IMG/VR virus record: IMGVR_UViG_3300034093_004958
Span: 1 to 56,483 of that record
Reading direction: 5' to 3' (one strand)
From: a virus
Taxonomy: Duplodnaviria; Caudoviricetes
DNA length: 56,483 bases
Positions 48,024 through 56,483 of the stretch are shown piece after piece. The notes under the pieces were generated by a model. It made no database searches and was not told the DNA's origin. It was given only the letters and a program-made list of their open reading frames with translations. Made by a program: the position numbers and the translations under genes. Position 1 is the first letter of the stretch. Each line of letters opens with the position of its first letter.

Positions 48024-48755
48024 ATGACACTTGATGAACTCGTTGAACTAACTCAAGATGAACTTACTGTTTCGAGTGGTTTACCAAACTCAATATCCCC
48101 TAGAGAAATTGAACGTATTATAAAAAATGCTGAACGCTGGTTTTTTATAAATTATAAAAACGCAGTAGAAAGTGACTTTTATATTATTCCACATTCTTAT
48201 TTTGAATCTCAAGAATTTAAAAATAGAAGATTTGTACAGTTACCTGATTGTGTAATGACAATTTCTGATTTTAGGGAAATTAGAGGAGGTTCTCGTATTG
48301 GTATTGTGGATCGTGATATTACTGAAAATAAGATTATAGCATCTGAATTATTTTTATCACCTGTTACTGGCACTGATTTGGTTATGAGAACTGCTCAATA
48401 TGCATATTGGGATATTACAAAAGCATACTTCTTGGATACTATAGCTTATTCGTTTAACCAAAATTCCAAAAGAATTAAAGTTACTGGTAGAAATCCTAGA
48501 ACGAGTTCAGTTGTTAAATGTTATTCAAAGATATCTCAAGAATCTCTTTATAATGATGATTTATTTATAAGATGGGTTTTTGCTAAAAGTAAAATTCAAT
48601 TAGGATTTATGTATACTCTTTATACATTTCAATTACCATCGGGAGTCACATTAAATGGTAATATATTAAAAGATGCAGGCGAAAAAGAGTTACAAGAAGT
48701 TAAAGAACAAATTGATAAAGAAGCACCACCAAGTTGGTTTATACAATTTAATTGA
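48024..48755 (+). CDS. neck protein (T4 gp13-like)
   Basis: C-terminal W..AKSKIQLG....FQLPSGVTLNG..L...G.KEL..VKEQI resembles gp13; GATATATA at 47991. Confidence 0.7.
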   Translation: MTLDELVELTQDELTVSSGLPNSISPREIERIIKNAERWFFINYKNAVESDFYIIPHSYFESQEFKNRRFVQLPDCVMTISDFREIRGGSRIGIVDRDITENKIIASELFLSPVTGTDLVMRTAQYAYWDITKAYFLDTIAYSFNQNSKRIKVTGRNPRTSSVVKCYSKISQESLYNDDLFIRWVFAKSKIQLGFMYTLYTFQLPSGVTLNGNILKDAGEKELQEVKEQIDKEAPPSWFIQFN

Positions 48756-48792
48756 TTGTATTATAACAAGATATATAAAATAAATATTAGAT

Positions 48793-49341
48793 ATGCCTGC
48801 TAAATCAATTGCACAATTAAGACTTATGAGAATGGCTTATGCTTATAAATTAGGAAAATTAAAATCTGAACCTTCTCAAGAAGTAAAAGATATTGCTGAT
48901 TCAATGACAGTAAGAGAGCTTACACATTATATAAAAACATCTGAAAAAAATCTTCCTATGCATGTAGACGAAGAGTTTGCAACACTAGCTAGTACTCCAG
49001 GTATGGGTTCAGTTACAGCACCAACTGCTACTACAACAGGAAGTGGGGATTCTTTTAATTCTTATGGTTTGTATACTCAAAATTTTTTAGATAAAACAAA
49101 AAAAGATAGGAAATCAAAGAAAAATGATCCTATGAAACATTATCATCCAGAAAAAGGAATTGTGAAATTTCAACCACATGGTAGTATCTTACATTTTGAA
49201 GATTTTATAAAAAATTTACAAATTAAAAATAAAGAAGAGTTTAACGATTATAATGACGAAAAAGATACAGAAGGTGATATAACGGCTAAAGATGGTTTTA
49301 GTGGTCGAGAACTAAATAATGATGGTGCTTTTGAAGAATAA
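48793..49341 (+). CDS. DUF3008-like N-terminal domain protein
   Basis: MPAKS.AQ.R.M..A...K.G.......A.SMT..EL.....T..KNLP; internal ILHFEDFIK tag-like motif. Confidence 0.65.
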   Translation: MPAKSIAQLRLMRMAYAYKLGKLKSEPSQEVKDIADSMTVRELTHYIKTSEKNLPMHVDEEFATLASTPGMGSVTAPTATTTGSGDSFNSYGLYTQNFLDKTKKDRKSKKNDPMKHYHPEKGIVKFQPHGSILHFEDFIKNLQIKNKEEFNDYNDEKDTEGDITAKDGFSGRELNNDGAFEE

Positions 49342-49365
49342 AAACAAAGTTTAATTTTTAAAATT

Positions 49366-52300
49366 ATGATGTATGCAGCCGATCAGTTTTTACGTAAGTT
49401 TTTAGGTATTTCTAGTATAGTGGATCCTGGAATACTAAATAATTATAATCATGAAGACCCTACATATCCTATATTTCATATTAAGTTTGCTTTTAACCCA
49501 CCAGAAGCAAAGCACCCAGATTATGTTACAAATAGATTACTAAGTGACCTCAAAGATGAAACGTCTCAGGTAGCTCCAGAATCAGCTATAAAATTTCTGT
49601 ATAATGTAGGGGAGCCTGAAAGAGCAATTATGCTAAGAAAATTCAACTTAGCTTTAAAGTCAATTAGTGAACAAACCCCATGGTATTTTCAAGGTATAAG
49701 TGGAATAGAAGGTTTATTTAAACATGCATATCCATCTGAAGGTAGAGGTGAAGCAGGACTTACGGATGCAGTTATTGACATATCTACATTGGATAGTATT
49801 GACTTTAGGATTACGGCTTTAAAGGATCTTTATAGAAAAGCAGCATATGATAGGAAGTATAGAAGATGGGTTTTACCTGTCAATATGAGAAGATTTCGAA
49901 TGACTATTATGGTCGGAGATGCAAGACAATTAGCTATAACAGAAGATAATTACTCTATAAATGGTAAACAAGCGTTACAAGCATTAAGAGATATAGATAT
50001 TTTTAATGCTAGTAATATAGGTGGAAAACTTCTAGGTAAAGTTCGTGATGGATCTTTATCTTTTGTTAAAAGACTTCAATGGTGGGATAATCATTTTTCA
50101 TGTTTAGTATTTGACTGTCAAGATTGTGAATTTGATATGAATAGTTTTAGTGGAATAAATAGCTTAAGTCACCCAAGACTTAAAGATACTACTCTTGCTC
50201 AGAGTCTAAAAATAAAAATAGGAAGAGTTATAGAAAGTAATACATATAGTCTTTTGGAATATTCATTAAGTGATAATTTAATTGAAAATTTTTTAAAGTC
50301 TGAAAATAAATCAGATGTAATAAAACTTTCTCAAACTTTAAATGCGGCTTTTAAACCTAAGGTTCCTTATTGGAATAATTATCAAAATCTAGAAAGAGAT
50401 AAAGGGGATAATAAAAGAATTATTACTGAAGATGGTGGATTTGGAAGTGCTATATCTCAAGGTGCAAATGCTGCTGCTGCTGCTTTAGGCATAGATGGTA
50501 TCACGCAAGGTACAAATCTTGGTGGTGGAGGTGGAATTTTAGGTTCTTTAGGCTCTATTGTTGATTTTGCTGGAGATACTGCATCAGAAATAGCTCAAGA
50601 AGCTTTAGGTTTGGCAACTGAACAAATCACAAAGAATGTATTTGGTAATGATCTTTATCGTTCAGCAGCAGGTATAGGGCTTGGTATTTTAAATGGAGAT
50701 TTAAATCAAGTAGCTCAAAACTTTGTAAATCCTGCTATTGCAGGTGCTTTAGGTATTAACATAGAATCTTCAGGAAGACCAATACAACCAAATCTCAGGG
50801 ATGGTATTCCAACTAAATTAGAATTAGTAGCACCAAATGTACAAAAGTCTTTAAGCGACATTCAAGCAAATCTTTCAGGTCAAGGTGCAGATCCAAGATT
50901 TCAATCAATTGGAAGACCTGGGGGAAGTTTATTTAATAATCCTAATCCAACTGAAAAACTTTTTGATCAAAAAAATATTGATCTACAAGCTTCAAGAGTT
51001 GAAAAAGAAATGCCTCAAAATATTGAGTTCCAAACTGTTAGAAAAGAAACTAAAATTAATCCTAAAAAAGAAGTTTTAACTGGAGCAACTAAAAAAACTA
51101 CATTTGATGAATCTTTAATAAACTTGGAAGGAGCAGGTAAAAAATTAGATTTAACTCCAAGTAGTGCAAATCTAAGTGGTGCTCAACCTCTAAAAGATTT
51201 AACCCCTAATAATGCAGATTTAGTAGGTGCTCAACCTCTTAAAGACTTAGTACCTGATAATGCAGATTTAGTAGGTGCTCAACCTCTAAAAGACTTGATT
51301 CCTGATAATGCAGATTTAGTAGGTGCTCAACCTCTTAAAGACTTGATTCCTAATAATGCAGATTTAGTAGGTGCAGAACCTCTTAAAGACTTGATTCCTG
51401 ATAATGCAGATTTAGTAGGTGCACAACCTCTTAAAGACTTAGTACCTAATAATGCAGATTTAGTAGGTGCAGAACCTCTTAAAGAGTTAGTACCTGTAAA
51501 TGCAAATTTAATTGGGGCTGAATCTTTAAAAGACTTAGTACCTACAAGTGCAGAACTAACAGGAGCTGAAGCACTAAAGAAAATTGATCCTGCAAAAGTT
51601 ATATTAGAAGGTCAAGATCCATTATTGAGTTTTGATCAAAAATCTATAACTTTAACAGGTACAACTCCTCTTACAAAATTCGCTTCTGCAAATGAAACTT
51701 TAGTGGGTGCAAAAGTGCTCACAGATTTAGCTCAAAGTAAAATTAATTTAGAGGGTACAGAGCCTTTAAATAGTTTAAGTTCTACAAATGTAGATTTAGC
51801 TGGAAAAACACCATTGAGTAAATTTGAAGAATCTAAAATAGATCTTACAGAATCAAAAGTATTAAGGGATCTTCCTAATTTAAAAGAAGAATTGATTTCT
51901 CCCACTAAGCAAACAAGTTTTAATGAAACTACAGCTGATTTAGATGGAATAAAACCTCAAACTAAGTTTGCTGAAGACAATGTAAATTTAGAAGGAAGTG
52001 CAATTAAGTCAAGTTCAATTAAAAATGCTAATTTAATAGGAACACTACCAATTTCTAAATTGAATGAAAGTAATGTTGAATTAACTGGAAATAATAAAAA
52101 TACTGTAAAAGAACTTGGAGTTGCAGAACTAAATGGAAAAACACCAGCGGATAAACTTTCTGAGAGTAATGTTGGAAATATGGAATATAATGAAAGCTTA
52201 ACATCTACTTCATTAGGAAAAGAAACGTTACTTGGCAAAGAGCCTGTCACAGCTTTTTCTGAAAATAATATAGGTAATATGAAAAATGAAGTTCCGAATA

Positions 52301-53199
52301 CTTTATCTTCATTAGGAACAGAAACATTGCTTGGAACAAAACCTCTTACGAATTTATCTGAAACTAATGTTAATCTTGTAGGAGCTACAGTACAAAATAA
52401 AATTTCTGAAAAAATTGAATTAAACAGTGCAAGTATAACTACAAAAATGGATAAAAATGTTCGTTTAGAAGGTACAGCTCCATTAAATCATATGAATGAT
52501 AATGTAGAATTGAAAGGTGCTATAAATATAAATACAACATTTCCATCTACAAATATTAATCTAGAAGGTAAAGAGGGTGCTACTTTACTACCTAATCAAA
52601 ATGTAGAATTAGAAGGTAAGCAGCCTCAGAGTAATACCATAAGTAATGCTTTTGAAGGTCAACGTACTCTAGGTATAAATAAAAATAAAAAAACTTCCCA
52701 AGGAAATGTTGAACTAGAAATTTCGAAACCTCTACAGGTTCTACCAACAAAAAATGTTGATACAGAAACAAGAAGTTCTTCATATACAATAGGTCAAAAT
52801 GTATTTCAGGAAAATAAAGGTATAGGGATAAAAAGTAATAATCAAACACTGCCACAAAGTCGTATAGAGTTTGAAACATCTTCTGTTATGGGAAATACAA
52901 CTTCTGAAAATGTAGGTTTTGAAACTCCCTTTACTAGAGAGAATACAACTTCTGAAAATGTAGGTTTTAAAACTCCTTTTACTAAAGAGAATACAACTTC
53001 TGAAAATGTAGGTTTAGAAGCACCTTCTATTCAAGAAAATACAAATTATAAAAATGTAGGTTTAGAAGCACCTTCTGTTCAAGAGAATACAGGTTACAAA
53101 AATGTACAATTAGGAGTACCTTCAGTTAATACACCAATAAGAGAAGTTTCTGGAGAACTGTCTGTTGTAAAAAATCCTAAAGATTCAAACTCACAATAA
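49366..53199 (+). CDS. putative tail/baseplate-associated protein with long 16-aa periodic C-terminal region
   Basis: Lies between neck and gp5-like genes; globular N-terminus, Gly/Ala-rich middle, repeat C-terminus. Confidence 0.6.
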   Translation: MMYAADQFLRKFLGISSIVDPGILNNYNHEDPTYPIFHIKFAFNPPEAKHPDYVTNRLLSDLKDETSQVAPESAIKFLYNVGEPERAIMLRKFNLALKSISEQTPWYFQGISGIEGLFKHAYPSEGRGEAGLTDAVIDISTLDSIDFRITALKDLYRKAAYDRKYRRWVLPVNMRRFRMTIMVGDARQLAITEDNYSINGKQALQALRDIDIFNASNIGGKLLGKVRDGSLSFVKRLQWWDNHFSCLVFDCQDCEFDMNSFSGINSLSHPRLKDTTLAQSLKIKIGRVIESNTYSLLEYSLSDNLIENFLKSENKSDVIKLSQTLNAAFKPKVPYWNNYQNLERDKGDNKRIITEDGGFGSAISQGANAAAAALGIDGITQGTNLGGGGGILGSLGSIVDFAGDTASEIAQEALGLATEQITKNVFGNDLYRSAAGIGLGILNGDLNQVAQNFVNPAIAGALGINIESSGRPIQPNLRDGIPTKLELVAPNVQKSLSDIQANLSGQGADPRFQSIGRPGGSLFNNPNPTEKLFDQKNIDLQASRVEKEMPQNIEFQTVRKETKINPKKEVLTGATKKTTFDESLINLEGAGKKLDLTPSSANLSGAQPLKDLTPNNADLVGAQPLKDLVPDNADLVGAQPLKDLIPDNADLVGAQPLKDLIPNNADLVGAEPLKDLIPDNADLVGAQPLKDLVPNNADLVGAEPLKELVPVNANLIGAESLKDLVPTSAELTGAEALKKIDPAKVILEGQDPLLSFDQKSITLTGTTPLTKFASANETLVGAKVLTDLAQSKINLEGTEPLNSLSSTNVDLAGKTPLSKFEESKIDLTESKVLRDLPNLKEELISPTKQTSFNETTADLDGIKPQTKFAEDNVNLEGSAIKSSSIKNANLIGTLPISKLNESNVELTGNNKNTVKELGVAELNGKTPADKLSESNVGNMEYNESLTSTSLGKETLLGKEPVTAFSENNIGNMKNEVPNTLSSLGTETLLGTKPLTNLSETNVNLVGATVQNKISEKIELNSASITTKMDKNVRLEGTAPLNHMNDNVELKGAININTTFPSTNINLEGKEGATLLPNQNVELEGKQPQSNTISNAFEGQRTLGINKNKKTSQGNVELEISKPLQVLPTKNVDTETRSSSYTIGQNVFQENKGIGIKSNNQTLPQSRIEFETSSVMGNTTSENVGFETPFTRENTTSENVGFKTPFTKENTTSENVGLEAPSIQENTNYKNVGLEAPSVQENTGYKNVQLGVPSVNTPIREVSGELSVVKNPKDSNSQ
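51151..51582 (+). repeat. 48-bp tandem repeat, about 9 units (LxPxNADLVGA(Q/E)PLKD)
   Basis: Unit gctcaacctctaaaagatttaacccctaataatgcagatttagtaggt recurs every 48 nt. Confidence 0.95.
52894..53133 (+). repeat. 48-bp tandem repeat, about 5 units (NTTSENVGFETPFTRE)
   Basis: aatacaacttctgaaaatgtaggttt recurs every 48 nt. Confidence 0.9.
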
Positions 53200-53233
53200 T
53201 TTTATGTTTTTATTTTTTTGATATATAAATACT

Positions 53234-53983
53234 ATGGAAAGAAATAATACATATTTTGGAAAAGTAGTAATCAATGATGATCCTGAAAGAATCGGTAGAT
53301 GTAAAGTAAAAGTTCTTGGGGTCTTCGATGAATTACAAGACAACGATCTACCTTGGGCGTTTCCTGCTTATAATATGTCATTTGCAGGAGGAGAATCAAA
53401 AGGTTATGGATCTATAAGTGTTCCAAAATTGGATACTATAGTACGAATACGATTTGAAAATGGAGACACATATTTTCCTGTATATTGGAGTATTCCAATT
53501 GCAAATGAAACTATGAAGTCTGAATTGAATGATTCATATTTAAATTCTCATGTAATTACTTACGATGAAGATGAAAATATGAAAATTCTATATAGTCCTT
53601 CAATTGGTTTAAAATACCATTTTAATGGATCTCATGTAACGATAAATCCTGATAAATCTATAACTATTGAACATGATGCAACTCAGTCAGTTATAGAATT
53701 AAATGGATCAAATATAACTATTGTAGCTAATAATAAAATTGAAGCAACAGCTCCAACTAAAATAGAAATAAATAGTTCAAATGTACATGTTAATGGTGTG
53801 AAAACAGAATTAGGAGCAGCTCCAGTATTTTCAAATATATGTGCGGAGCCCCTTTGGGTTTTTTTAAAAGCATTAGCAGCAGCAGCAGATGCAAAATGGC
53901 CTCCATCACCAGGAGTACTTTCAGCACTTGCTGCAACTGCTGAAGTAGCAAGTACATCAAAAACTGTAAAAACTTCATTATAA
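53234..53983 (+). CDS. baseplate hub/spike protein (T4 gp5/Vgr OB-fold)
   Basis: YFGKVV..DDPERIGRCKVKV.G......LPWA...VP....V...FENGD...P; beta-helix-like tail; no lysozyme domain seen. Confidence 0.85.
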   Translation: MERNNTYFGKVVINDDPERIGRCKVKVLGVFDELQDNDLPWAFPAYNMSFAGGESKGYGSISVPKLDTIVRIRFENGDTYFPVYWSIPIANETMKSELNDSYLNSHVITYDEDENMKILYSPSIGLKYHFNGSHVTINPDKSITIEHDATQSVIELNGSNITIVANNKIEATAPTKIEINSSNVHVNGVKTELGAAPVFSNICAEPLWVFLKALAAAADAKWPPSPGVLSALAATAEVASTSKTVKTSL

Positions 53984-53984
53984 A

Positions 53985-56483
53985 ATGGCTAAATCACTAC
54001 TTCAAATAACGCCTTATGCCTTGGTAGAATTAGATTACGACACTACAGTAATATCTACCAATACGCAGTCTTTTTTGTTTTTCAATTCTTCATATACAAA
54101 TGAAAGACAATTACTGAATGTTACAAAAGGAAATAATCCAACATCTAATATTTTAGATAGATCTGCTGTACGTTTGACTGATTCTAGAACTTGGGCACAT
54201 TTAGATCAAGATAGAGCTATCCCTTATAATAGTTATGATTCTGCAAATCTTTCTCAAAGTTTATTAAGTGATTATACTAGTACACAATGGCCAGTTGAAT
54301 ATGAAACTTTAAAATTACATTTACTATCAGGATATAATCTAGAAGATTTAGATGGTTTACTTCTTAGTGTTGAATACCCTGAAGTTTCTGGAAAGAATTG
54401 TACAGTTGCTCAAATAGCTTATTTAAAAGGCGATGAGTTTATTAAATTCAATGCTAGACCAATTGTAATTTCAGGACGAAGTTATGATAGATATATTGAA
54501 GTGTTAATACCCTCTCTTTTTAGTCTTAACGATGAATTTTATGCTAACCCTACATCTGGAGCTTTAGCTTATTGGTTAAGTTCTAATAACAAAGGTTTTT
54601 TGAGAAGCGGTTTAATTTCTATTACATTAAGAGAAATTACTACATCATCAGATAATGGAACAGTTCTTTCATTAACGGCAGGTAATGTTACAAATATAAC
54701 ATATAAACAACAGGATGCATATAGTTTATTAAGTGCTGTTATCATTGAAAATGATGAAGAAGATTGTTTTGAATATTACCCTTCATGGCAAGGTGGATTT
54801 GTAGAAGATTTAGTTTCTAGTTTAAATTCAGTTGGTGGAGATTATTATGTTTTTCATGAACTATATATTTATGAGCAATTAGGGTTTAGTCAAGTACAAA
54901 GCGATTATTTTGTTTCTATACAAGAAGGTAATTTTAATGAGCCTAAAAAATTTAGGCCTATTTTAAAAAATGCAGATTCCGCATATTCCTTTAGTATAGA
55001 TTATGTAATGAGACTTACAGACAAAGATACTGGAAATCAAATTGTAAGGACAGCCTCTATCACTTCATTTGAGCCTAAAAGACATGGAAGAAAAATAGAA
55101 AAAGTTAATTTAGAGGGTTCAGTAAGATCCTTTAAAATTTACAACAAAATTATAGAAGAAACTAAACTTCAAGTTAATAGAAAAGTAGTAGATAAAAGAG
55201 TAGAAAAATTATATACTCCTACATTTTTTGATTTTAATGAAGTAGCTGTAAATACATCTAATGTAATCTTAAAAACTGATGGAACATTTACTACTGAATC
55301 TGTTTGGAATTGGGATGTTATTTTTGGACAAGGCGAAGCTATTATGCTTATACATCCTTATGAGAACTATGTTAAATTTAAAATGCATAGATATTTAGAA
55401 AATAATGTTACGACTTCTTTAGATTTACGTTATGATGTTGATTTATTTTTAGTAATAGAATACGCTGGAAAAAGAGTAAGGTTTTCTAAATTAGAAGGAT
55501 TTTATTCGACAAATTTAGCTGAAGGTGAAATAGTATTTAAGATACCTGCGAAAGATTCTTCTGCTATTTATTCTAATGAAGGTGGCATATTTTATATCAC
55601 ATCAAAAGTTCCATCCTTTATAAAAGTTAAAGTTATGGACAATTTTGTTGGAGGAATTGCTAATAAAGAAATTAATATTATTTCTAAAGAATTTTATTCT
55701 AAGGGAGACACAGATTTATTTGAATTGATATATGATGGGGTTACTTATTTTGTTCCTAAAAATATGCTTCAAGTTATTCAAGTTATTCCTACAGGATCAG
55801 GAGTTAGTGAAACTACTTTATATACAGGTAAATGGAGAAGAATGCAAGATGCAGATACTGTAAAAGATGATATTGAAAAAATAAGAAGAAATGAACTTGA
55901 AAGGGTTTTAAATAATATTAGAACTTCTCAACTATCTTTGAATACTCGTCAATCTGAATTAAGTCAAAAATCATCTGAACTTGCAGCGTTAGAAGCTAAA
56001 TTAAATGCGCAATCCTCCTCACAAAATGCACAAGCAGATTTACTTAATTCTCTACAAAGAGATGTTGCAAGTAAAGATAAAATAAATAATCAAAGAGAAT
56101 TAGATTTAAGAGAACAAGCTAGGAAGGCAGCAGAAAAAGAAAATCAAAATATAGCTGCATTTCAAGACCAATTAAATAAGATTTTAAAATCTATTGAGGA
56201 CCTTGAAAATGTAAGTGGTGAAGGTGCTGGTGGAGGTGAAGGTAACCAAGGTGGAGGTAATCAAGGTGGAGGTAACCAAGGTGGTGAAGGTGGAGGAAAC
56301 CAAGGTGGAGGTAACCAAGGTGGTGAAGGTGGAGGAAACCAAGGTGGAGGTAACCAAGGTGAGGGTTTGGGTAATCAAGGTGGAGGTACACAAGGATACC
56401 AAGGTGGAGATAATCCAGGTGGGGGAGGGATAGTCAAAACAGTGGTAACGCAAAATGATGTAATTAATCCTACGCTTGGATTA
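53985..56483 (+). CDS. large putative virion protein, partial (not in track), with coiled coil and Gly-rich linker
   Basis: ATG at 53985 (MAKSLLQITPYALVELDY...). The same frame reads ...VSGEGAGGGEGNQGGGNQGG...IVKTVVTQNDVINPTLGL to the window end; absence from the track fits a run-off ORF. Confidence 0.8.
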   Translation, partial: MAKSLLQITPYALVELDYDTTVISTNTQSFLFFNSSYTNERQLLNVTKGNNPTSNILDRSAVRLTDSRTWAHLDQDRAIPYNSYDSANLSQSLLSDYTSTQWPVEYETLKLHLLSGYNLEDLDGLLLSVEYPEVSGKNCTVAQIAYLKGDEFIKFNARPIVISGRSYDRYIEVLIPSLFSLNDEFYANPTSGALAYWLSSNNKGFLRSGLISITLREITTSSDNGTVLSLTAGNVTNITYKQQDAYSLLSAVIIENDEEDCFEYYPSWQGGFVEDLVSSLNSVGGDYYVFHELYIYEQLGFSQVQSDYFVSIQEGNFNEPKKFRPILKNADSAYSFSIDYVMRLTDKDTGNQIVRTASITSFEPKRHGRKIEKVNLEGSVRSFKIYNKIIEETKLQVNRKVVDKRVEKLYTPTFFDFNEVAVNTSNVILKTDGTFTTESVWNWDVIFGQGEAIMLIHPYENYVKFKMHRYLENNVTTSLDLRYDVDLFLVIEYAGKRVRFSKLEGFYSTNLAEGEIVFKIPAKDSSAIYSNEGGIFYITSKVPSFIKVKVMDNFVGGIANKEINIISKEFYSKGDTDLFELIYDGVTYFVPKNMLQVIQVIPTGSGVSETTLYTGKWRRMQDADTVKDDIEKIRRNELERVLNNIRTSQLSLNTRQSELSQKSSELAALEAKLNAQSSSQNAQADLLNSLQRDVASKDKINNQRELDLREQARKAAEKENQNIAAFQDQLNKILKSIEDLENVSGEGAGGGEGNQGGGNQGGGNQGGEGGGNQGGGNQGGEGGGNQGGGNQGEGLGNQGGGTQGYQGGDNPGGGGIVKTVVTQNDVINPTLGL
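56214..56430 (+). repeat. Gly-rich GGNQG coding repeat
   Basis: ggaggtaaccaaggt-type 15-nt units with ggtgaa insertions. Confidence 0.9.

Noticed and set aside
51151-51582. Regular repeats as a possible CRISPR array
   Set aside because: Tandem in-frame 48-bp coding units with no unique spacers; no cas genes in the window.
56184-56453. Three short track ORFs (HLGYL, VTSTL and VEVTK repeats)
   Set aside because: Alternate-frame and antisense shadows of the Gly-rich repeat in the long ORF starting at 53985.
1-56483. Stop-codon reassignment, as seen in some huge phages
   Set aside because: Long genes are intact under code 11, and ClpP ends at TAG at its normal C-terminus (GIIDKIL).
1-56483. 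Cellular (bacterial chromosome) origin suggested by metK, clpP, clpC, ssrA and hup
   Set aside because: These genes are scattered among phage-type hypotheticals, homing endonucleases and T4-like neck/baseplate genes, without their usual chromosomal neighbours (tig, clpX, smpB).

Overview
AT-rich (roughly 25% GC by eye), gene-dense 56.5-kb segment of a large T4-like jumbo or huge phage genome read with the standard code. There are no ribosomal or cell-division genes. T4-like virion genes sit at the right end (gp13-like neck, gp5-like baseplate hub, a long repeat-rich protein and an unannotated run-off ORF). A Bacteroidota/FCB host is inferred from TTTG-N19-20-TAnnTTTG promoters, a T9SS sorting-domain gene and FCB-type ClpC and NYN-CSD genes. 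Recognisable cargo: MetK, ClpP, ClpC, tmRNA, HU, IMPDH/GMP reductase, dCMP deaminase, MazG, a TPR-GT41 O-GlcNAc transferase, a PlcP/LpxH-like phosphoesterase with a glycosyltransferase, two HNH endonucleases and a truncated DNA cytosine methyltransferase. Main hypotheses: (1) about 15 unrelated proteins share an N-terminal MKx(I/L)Kx(F/Y)Ex(F/W)...(I/L)xE tag resembling the T4 capsid-targeting sequence, often behind a GATATATA promoter-like motif, suggesting a large packaged and injected cargo; (2) metK is followed by an ADP-ribosyltransferase-like gene and a gene matching T3 SAM-lyase motifs; (3) a clpC-clpP-tmRNA-peptidase cluster whose tmRNA has an unusually long 24-aa tag; (4) a 230-bp tnpB-deleted IS200/IS605 relic that retains a promoter and omega-RNA end. 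All calls are from visual motif recognition; no database searches were run.
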